From an uncultured virus (IMG/VR IMGVR_UViG_3300044612_002649) (taxonomy: Duplodnaviria > Heunggongvirae > Uroviricota > Caudoviricetes), in IMG/VR virus record IMGVR_UViG_3300044612_002649: DNA of 64,000 nt; one strand, written 5' to 3'. Below, piece after piece: positions 58,062 to 64,000 of the stretch (the stretch's first letter is position 1; each line of letters begins with the position of its first letter). A program made the translations under genes and the position numbers. The notes beneath the pieces are model-generated. The model did no database searches. It saw only the letters and a program-made list of their open reading frames with translations, and was not told where the DNA came from.

Positions 58062-58779
58062 TCCGTTCCTCCAACGCTACCGCCCATCCGTTATTTTCAA
58101 AAATAAATGTCTTACCAATTTTATTAATATTGTAATTGCCAATATACTTCGTATAAAACATAATTTCTGAAATATCCCTACTTTCAATCATTATAGGCCC
58201 ATTGATTGAACCATACACCTCATTTATTGTTCCACTTGCAGCAATATCAAATGTGACAGGTTGTACCCAGTCTTTAGAAAACGTTATACTTTCATTAATA
58301 ACTTTAATATTATTTACAGGACTAGTAGAGAAGAAATTTTCATAATTATCTTCTTGGTATCGTTTAGTTGCTGCTATATATGATTTTTTGTCAGTTGGCA
58401 CGACTGTTGCTAAATTGGCGTGTGTAGCGTCCAAACTTTTAAAACTTTTGAAGTATCTGAACCGCATATCTGGCATCCCAGTAAGTCGTTCTATACCATC
58501 CAATAATTCAAGAATTTGAGCAGGGGCGTGGCGTGATCGTTCTATTTCAACAAAAACTTTATATGTTCCATCATCAGTTTCACCTGGACTTACATCAGCA
58601 TCTAAAACAAAATCAAAACCCATCTCAATGAAATTTTCCATATCTTTGGCTGGATCTTCTCTATCCACAGTGAATGTCAATACGATAACGTTTTCATCAT
58701 CCCCAATTTTGCTTTGGTATGAGTCAATTTCAAATACTTTTTTAACCAGGTCTTGAAGATCGTTTGCTCTTAAACTCAT
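58051..58779 (-). CDS. Hypothetical phage protein
   Basis: Start revised to MSLRAND (GGAG SD). Confidence 0.7.
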   Translation of the reverse strand: MSLRANDLQDLVKKVFEIDSYQSKIGDDENVIVLTFTVDREDPAKDMENFIEMGFDFVLDADVSPGETDDGTYKVFVEIERSRHAPAQILELLDGIERLTGMPDMRFRYFKSFKSLDATHANLATVVPTDKKSYIAATKRYQEDNYENFFSTSPVNNIKVINESITFSKDWVQPVTFDIAASGTINEVYGSINGPIMIESRDISEIMFYTKYIGNYNINKIGKTFIFENNGWAVALEERNVI

Positions 58780-58780
58780 A

Positions 58781-59368
58781 TTAAACTCCTGGAACTGGTG
58801 CTGGCATGCCTGTACCGGCAGGCGATCCACCTACAGGTGCCCCTGTGCCAGCTGGACTCATTGGGGGAACTCCAGTTGGAGCGGCTGCTGGTGGGGGGAT
58901 TTGTGATTCTTGTTTAGATGTATTTGATGATTTATTCTCACTTTTCATTTTGTTCATGTACCCACGATACATATCAAATGCAACTTCTTTCGGCATTCTA
59001 ATTTCAACAATCCATATGGGGTGTTCATCTAGTTTGCCCTTTTTAGTACCTGGTCTAACATCATCTGGGTTTTTTATTGGTCTCGGTAATATTAATTGAG
59101 ATTTTTGATATTTCAATTTACAACCATTTTCTACTAACCGCTTTCCTCCAGTTGGATCTGGCATTTTATTTTCTGGCCACATAAACCCCGCAGTAATCCA
59201 ATGGCGGTCCACTTTGGGACCATACGCAATTTCACCATCTATCCAATTTTCGTATACATATAAATCTAATTCATCTAATACTCTTTCAAAATCTTTTAAT
59301 ACAGCCAAGCTAGAATTATTTTCATATAAACTTTGTATATTTTTAATGACATCTAAAATATCATGCAT
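58781..59368 (-). CDS. Hypothetical phage protein with Pro-rich tail
   Basis: AGGA SD; late motif GATAAATAAATA upstream (about 59395-59405). Confidence 0.7.
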   Translation of the reverse strand: MHDILDVIKNIQSLYENNSSLAVLKDFERVLDELDLYVYENWIDGEIAYGPKVDRHWITAGFMWPENKMPDPTGGKRLVENGCKLKYQKSQLILPRPIKNPDDVRPGTKKGKLDEHPIWIVEIRMPKEVAFDMYRGYMNKMKSENKSSNTSKQESQIPPPAAAPTGVPPMSPAGTGAPVGGSPAGTGMPAPVPGV

Positions 59369-59514
59369 GTTTATTCCTACTAATTATGTTCTATATTTAT
59401 TTATCTATAATAAAGTTTATTTTTTTATAAAAGGTAAATACTATTACAGGACCAATATGGTTATCGAGCTGGTTACCACACGTCCTGATTTCTCACACAA
59501 GTAGGAGATACTGA

Positions 59515-60231
59515 ATGAGTAGAAAAGTAAAAAAACGTTTTACCTCAGAAGTTAACATAATAGATTTTCAACCTTACATGCCACAAAAACGCAGACAAGT
59601 TACCCTGACACCACGCAATAAAAGTCAAAAAGAATACTTGAATAAATTGCAAGATGAATCAAATAGCATTGTTTTTGCTATTGGTCCAGCTGGTACTGGT
59701 AAAACCATGTTGGCTGTTCAAAACGGCATTAAATTGTTCCAAGAAGGGAAGATTGAAAAAATCGTTGTGACTAGACCAGCTGTAAGCGTTGACGAAGATT
59801 TGGGATTTTTACCAGGCACACTGGAGGAGAAAATGGCACCTTGGACTCGTCCAATTTTTGATGTATTTTCAGAATATTATCAAAAACGTGATATTACAAA
59901 ATATTTAGAAGAAGGTGTTATTGAAATTAGTCCGCTTGCCTATATGCGCGGCAGAACATTCAAAAATGCTTATATTGTGGCAGACGAAATGCAAAATGCA
60001 ACGATAAGTCAGATGAAGATGTTGTTAACCAGAATTGGTGAAGGTTCACAGATGGTTGTAACCGGTGATTTAGCACAGGCGGATCGTTTAAATGATAATG
60101 GGTTAATTGACTTTTGCAGATTGCTTGCAGACCGTCCAGAATTGACACATATTGATGTTGCTGAATTTACAGCAGCAGATATTGAACGACACGATGCGGT
60201 AAAAGAAGTATTATCTATATACGGTGAATGA
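59515..60231 (+). CDS. phoH: PhoH family ATPase
   Basis: GPAGTGKT, RPAV, LGFLPG, YMRGRTF, DEMQN, GD..Q.D. Confidence 0.95.
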   Translation: MSRKVKKRFTSEVNIIDFQPYMPQKRRQVTLTPRNKSQKEYLNKLQDESNSIVFAIGPAGTGKTMLAVQNGIKLFQEGKIEKIVVTRPAVSVDEDLGFLPGTLEEKMAPWTRPIFDVFSEYYQKRDITKYLEEGVIEISPLAYMRGRTFKNAYIVADEMQNATISQMKMLLTRIGEGSQMVVTGDLAQADRLNDNGLIDFCRLLADRPELTHIDVAEFTAADIERHDAVKEVLSIYGE

Positions 60232-60259
60232 AAAAAGGGGGCTAAATGCCCCCTTTTTT
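60231..60259. terminator. Bidirectional intrinsic terminator
   Basis: aaaaaagggggc-taaat-gccccctttttt between convergent genes. Confidence 0.88.
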
Positions 60260-60464
60260 ATTCAAATTTACCCCATTGTATTTTATTCCATATACGTTCA
60301 TGAATAACATATAAGAATGTATGCATTATTATCTGTGTTCCAGCAATTCCACTTGCAATAGAAACATCTTTTGAAACAATGTATGATACAAAAAAGGTAG
60401 CAAATGTGGCAATAATACGCCAACTAAACGTTTTCGCTACGGTTCGCTTGGGAGTGTCTGTCAT
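60258..60464 (-). CDS. DUF2061-like small membrane protein
   Basis: RT.AKT.SWR.IA...Y.IHER.W. Confidence 0.75.
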   Translation of the reverse strand: MTDTPKRTVAKTFSWRIIATFATFFVSYIVSKDVSIASGIAGTQIIMHTFLYVIHERIWNKIQWGKFE

Positions 60465-61381
60465 AACCTAGCCAACCTAATCATACATGCAGCCAAATTT
60501 ATTTCTGGATCTATACATAACGTGTGATCAACAATTGCTTGTTTTATGATTAAAATTGCGTCATCCTGTTTAGACTCATCGCCAAATATAGCTATATTAT
60601 TATATAGCCATCTGTAAATTTCATCCATTTCTTCAGGTCTGGCTTGTTTACATATCAATTTCCTTGCTTCTGAAATTTTACCAGATTTAAACAGTTCGAC
60701 CATTTCTATTTTATAATCAGCCTCACCACTATCACCGTTGTGTGGTGTTACTAACATATTACCCAGACTGTTCATTTGTACTAGATTAATACATTTTCGT
60801 AGATCAGGATAGGTAGCTTTAACAAATGTATCTAATGTGTCTAAATCAAACTCGATATTTTCTTCAATCAATATAGTGGCAACCCTTGCAGTAAATTCGG
60901 TTTGATCAACTTTATCAATATGAAACCCCTGACATCTACTATGAATAGCTGTCATTATCTTGTTTGGGTAATTACAGGTAAGAATAAATCTAGAAAATTC
61001 ATGGTATTCTTCCATAACCCCACGTAATGCAGCTTGTGCATTTGGGGATAAATAATCAGCTTCATCTAATAATACCACTTTAAATGTACCAAATGGAATA
61101 AATTCTAAATGGCTTACAATCTTATCTCTCACATCATCAACCGAATTAGTTCTAGATGCATTGATTTCTAAAATATCATATTGGTGGATGTTGAGTAAAT
61201 TCAATAATAATTTAGCTAATGTAGTTTTACCAACTCCTGCACTGCCGCTTAATAATAAATGAGGGATCGAACCATCTTTAATCCATGATTCGATTTGATT
61301 TTTTTGATGTGAATCCCTAAAAACATATCCATCTAATGTTTTAGGTCTATATTTTTCGACCCAAAGTTCCTTCGTTGCCAT
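60461..61381 (-). CDS. Clamp loader AAA+ subunit (RFC-small/gp44-like)
   Basis: LWVEKYRP, GVGKT, INAS, DEAD, SRC; start revised to ATG 61381. Confidence 0.92.
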   Translation of the reverse strand: MATKELWVEKYRPKTLDGYVFRDSHQKNQIESWIKDGSIPHLLLSGSAGVGKTTLAKLLLNLLNIHQYDILEINASRTNSVDDVRDKIVSHLEFIPFGTFKVVLLDEADYLSPNAQAALRGVMEEYHEFSRFILTCNYPNKIMTAIHSRCQGFHIDKVDQTEFTARVATILIEENIEFDLDTLDTFVKATYPDLRKCINLVQMNSLGNMLVTPHNGDSGEADYKIEMVELFKSGKISEARKLICKQARPEEMDEIYRWLYNNIAIFGDESKQDDAILIIKQAIVDHTLCIDPEINLAACMIRLARL

Positions 61382-61412
61382 TAACCATTCCTTGGTTGTG
61401 TGTAAAATGAGT

Positions 61413-61449
61413 ATTGTATAAGAAAAAGCAGGGCCTGTCAAGACCCTGC
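61413..61449 (-). promoter_or_regulatory. Terminator of the groES operon fused with a sigma70 promoter
   Basis: gcagggtc-TTGACA-ggccctgc-ttttt; TTGACA-N17-TACAAT. Confidence 0.75.
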
Positions 61450-61455
61450 ATAAGA

Positions 61456-61845
61456 TTAAAACATTGGTTTACTAAAATCAAAAGTTTGTGTTGTAGATTT
61501 ATTTGATTTACCCAAATAAACATCAGATGGTTTTGTATCGCCTTTCATTATGATAGATTTTGGTTCAACACGTCTAATTTCGTATTCATTACCCGTTTCA
61601 TCTTCGATTTTGACGTTACGGGTCCATCTACCATGCTCAACTAATATCCAATCCCCAATTTTAACGGAGGTTTGATCTTTGCCTATTGCAAAAACTTTAG
61701 CCCATCTAGGCTTTATTCCCTCACTTTTACCATCATCGCTGCCGACAATGATTCCAGTATCAGTTACTTGATTGTCAAAACTCATGTCAGTTACAATTAT
61801 TCCATCATGAATTGGAATAACTTTATTACATTTTATAAGACTCAT
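61456..61845 (-). CDS. groES: GroES-like co-chaperonin
   Basis: P.HD.IIV, T.TGII, V.AIG, VKIGD. Confidence 0.8.
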   Translation of the reverse strand: MSLIKCNKVIPIHDGIIVTDMSFDNQVTDTGIIVGSDDGKSEGIKPRWAKVFAIGKDQTSVKIGDWILVEHGRWTRNVKIEDETGNEYEIRRVEPKSIIMKGDTKPSDVYLGKSNKSTTQTFDFSKPMF

Positions 61846-62138
61846 TGTTGTGTAGTTTCCTCAGAAGACTGACCTTTTCGTGATGGTTTGGCTGATTCTT
61901 CCACTTTTTGCTCTTCCAGTGAGGGAACTGGTTGATCTACACTTTTACTGATTTGATCGGGGATGGTGACACCATTTGTTGTATCTTTGACTATTTGTCC
62001 ACCAGCGCCGATCTTATCACCTCTGGCGTTTACTTTCATATTACCAACTGCCAGTGTTAACTCATTACGGTTAATAAGTTTATTTAAATCGATTTCTTTC
62101 CCTTGTGCTGTTCTATAAACAGTTCTAATATTTGCCAT
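61842..62138 (-). CDS. Hypothetical protein
   Basis: AVGNMKVNARGD; AAGGA SD. Confidence 0.7.
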   Translation of the reverse strand: MANIRTVYRTAQGKEIDLNKLINRNELTLAVGNMKVNARGDKIGAGGQIVKDTTNGVTIPDQISKSVDQPVPSLEEQKVEESAKPSRKGQSSEETTQQ

Positions 62139-62149
62139 AATTATTCCTT

Positions 62150-62653
62150 TTATCTTAAGAATTCTTTCCAGTCTAACTTATATTTAATACTATTGATCCG
62201 GTGAACACCAATTAAATATAACACAAAACTAGATACACTAGACCCTCTTCCAACCCCCCAGAATACATTATTATTATTGCATGTATCAACAAAATATTTC
62301 AGCCATTGAAGTAAAAGAAGCATGCCATGTTTCTCAAACGCATGTAGTTCTTCCTCAACTCTGTTTTTTTCATCATCGGTTGTACATTTAGTCAAACAAT
62401 ATTGTTTGATATCAAAATGATAATATTCTTCAGGCATGAACCAAATCGATTGCTGCTCTTTATCATAATCAGAAAGTTGGCGATTACTATTGATTGGTGG
62501 AACGAATGCAAATTCTGATATTTCTTGTAATCGTTCAATATCATCACTCGGATCAACCATTAATGATGAAAGTTTTTCCATATGACCATGATAAATTGCA
62601 TCAAAAATGTCACACTCGTTAAAAATTGGGTTACTAAATTTATCTAATCTCAT
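62150..62653 (-). CDS. DNA polymerase III alpha (DnaE) NTPase-domain fragment
   Basis: RVEEEL, GVGRGSSVSSFVLYLIGV..I..I.Y.L...F. Confidence 0.8.
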   Translation of the reverse strand: MRLDKFSNPIFNECDIFDAIYHGHMEKLSSLMVDPSDDIERLQEISEFAFVPPINSNRQLSDYDKEQQSIWFMPEEYYHFDIKQYCLTKCTTDDEKNRVEEELHAFEKHGMLLLLQWLKYFVDTCNNNNVFWGVGRGSSVSSFVLYLIGVHRINSIKYKLDWKEFLR

Positions 62654-62662
62654 TAAGAGATT

Positions 62663-62905
62663 TTACCCTACATTTATCAGTTTGTCAAGTCCTTTATTTT
62701 TATTTTCCATGGTAGTTTGCCACAATTCTTTCTGGCGTTTTGCTTGTTCAGAGGTGTACGATTCGAGTACCATTGAAATTTGTGATCTCATGTTAACATT
62801 TGTTGTCATGAAATACTTTTTTGTTAAATCATAGATTCTAGATTCCAATTCGGAATCTTTTAATGTTGTCATGTCATTAATTAACGGATGCATAATATAC
62901 CTCAA
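62663..62905 (-). CDS. Hypothetical protein
   Basis: ORF in operon; start may be MHPL at 62893. Confidence 0.65.
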   Translation of the reverse strand: MRYIMHPLINDMTTLKDSELESRIYDLTKKYFMTTNVNMRSQISMVLESYTSEQAKRQKELWQTTMENKNKGLDKLINVG

Positions 62906-63999
62906 TGATTGAATACGACATATTGTGGATTAATAAAATCATTAACAATATACCGGTCAACAGTATAATCGAATGATGATAAATTAATACCTGACAATTC
63001 AATGTTTCGTAAAATCTGTGAAGAAGTACCAACTTTACAATAGCATAATGGAACTGCTAGTGTAAACCCAATTCTCGATCTATCTGATGGTTGAATACTT
63101 CTCATCCATAACGGAACAAATTCAATATTAGTTGATAATACAGTTCCACTATCTACATCAGTTACAGTGACTAATCGTTCTCTCCATAATGTCACACTAC
63201 TTGGATAATATGTGCCAATATATTCATTATTAATACTCAATGGCAAATGTTCTCCATTTGGCTCTAATGGATCAAGCATGTTTATATAAACTACTTCATA
63301 TAATTCAGCAAATGTAGTTTGGTCAATAGCCTTCGCTGATGTAATACTACCAAATTGGAATCTTTTTTTGGCATTGTTAAGATTAGCAGCATTAACAAAC
63401 GTTTCTATCGACGATGTATCGATACCAGGAAATATTAACATTTCTAATTGTTTCTGTATTCCAAAATTAGTGTCATATGGTCTATACATCATTGAAAGTG
63501 GAAATATTTCTTGGTTTGTAATGAACGAACCCCATCTTTCTCGTTGTTCTATTTCCAAATAAGGTTTTACAATGATATTGCTATACATTTTTTCAGATTG
63601 GATAACAGTTATCGTAAATATTTTTTCAAAAACCCCATAATGAGTAATAGAATCAGAAAAAATTCCACTATATTGATTAGAAACTCTAACCGTAAACGTG
63701 TAATAATCAATAAAGTCATCAGAAGCTGAACTAAAATGTACACCTGTAATAATACCATCTGTTCCCATTGTAACGCCATTAGGTAATATCCCATCTATAA
63801 TTTCATATATAAGATTTGAATTTGATAACGAACTAACCGCAATAATGGAAAGATTAACCGGAATTCCTTCAGTAATAGTGCCAGCATTAGTCGGCGTTAA
63901 CCATTCCAAAGTATCATCAAACTTTCCAATTATATCTATTGAAAATGTTCTTTTATTAGTAATAGATTCACCTGAAACATTGTTAGTTCTAATAGCAGC
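62902..63999 (-). CDS. Virion structural protein with Ig-like repeat (5'-partial)
   Basis: Frame open to the window end; Y.IIDG.LP.G..M..DG.I.G Ig-like motif. Confidence 0.6.
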   Translation of the reverse strand, partial: AAIRTNNVSGESITNKRTFSIDIIGKFDDTLEWLTPTNAGTITEGIPVNLSIIAVSSLSNSNLIYEIIDGILPNGVTMGTDGIITGVHFSSASDDFIDYYTFTVRVSNQYSGIFSDSITHYGVFEKIFTITVIQSEKMYSNIIVKPYLEIEQRERWGSFITNQEIFPLSMMYRPYDTNFGIQKQLEMLIFPGIDTSSIETFVNAANLNNAKKRFQFGSITSAKAIDQTTFAELYEVVYINMLDPLEPNGEHLPLSINNEYIGTYYPSSVTLWRERLVTVTDVDSGTVLSTNIEFVPLWMRSIQPSDRSRIGFTLAVPLCYCKVGTSSQILRNIELSGINLSSFDYTVDRYIVNDFINPQYVVFNH

Positions 64000-64000
64000 A

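Noticed and set aside
1..64000. Alternative genetic code (stop-codon recoding seen in some jumbo phages)
   Set aside because: Long ORFs are intact and tile the window in code 11; TAA, TAG and TGA all end genes at sensible places.
1..64000. CRISPR array, tRNAs, DGR or retron
   Set aside because: No spaced direct repeats, cloverleafs, reverse transcriptase or TR/VR pair seen; intergenic spaces are short. A tRNAscan/Infernal run would be the definitive check.

Overview
AT-rich, densely coding segment of a large (probably jumbo) T4-related myovirus that infects a Gram-negative host, as judged from the spanins. Gene content recalls the RaK2/GAP32-like jumbo group, but this assignment is from memory of family features, not a search. 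Positions 1-28180 (+) hold a baseplate/tail-fibre operon that includes a 4066-aa structural protein. Positions 28208-64000 (mostly -) hold thyX, a MoxR-AAA/VWA pair, RNase H, sliding clamp, family-B DNA polymerase, a late cluster of putative head-packaged proteins, three nucleotidyltransferase-fold genes, dnaJ-clpA, a lysis cassette, phoH, clamp loader, groES and a DnaE fragment. Best candidates for undescribed systems: (1) A DNA polymerase split immediately after its ExoI motif by a free-standing HNH endonuclease. Both halves carry intein-like tags that lack splicing motifs, and a synonymously recoded copy of the FDIEV codons lies next to the endonuclease late promoter, possibly an autoregulatory operator. 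(2) A cluster of modular polyproteins punctuated by L/I-x-E motifs like prohead-protease sites. (3) A polbeta-NTase / KWDG ligase-like / HIGH-family NTase operon. (4) Recurrent hairpins that straddle promoters and would distinguish read-through from locally initiated transcripts. No tRNA, rRNA or CRISPR array was recognised by eye. All product calls rest on motifs and gene context read by eye.
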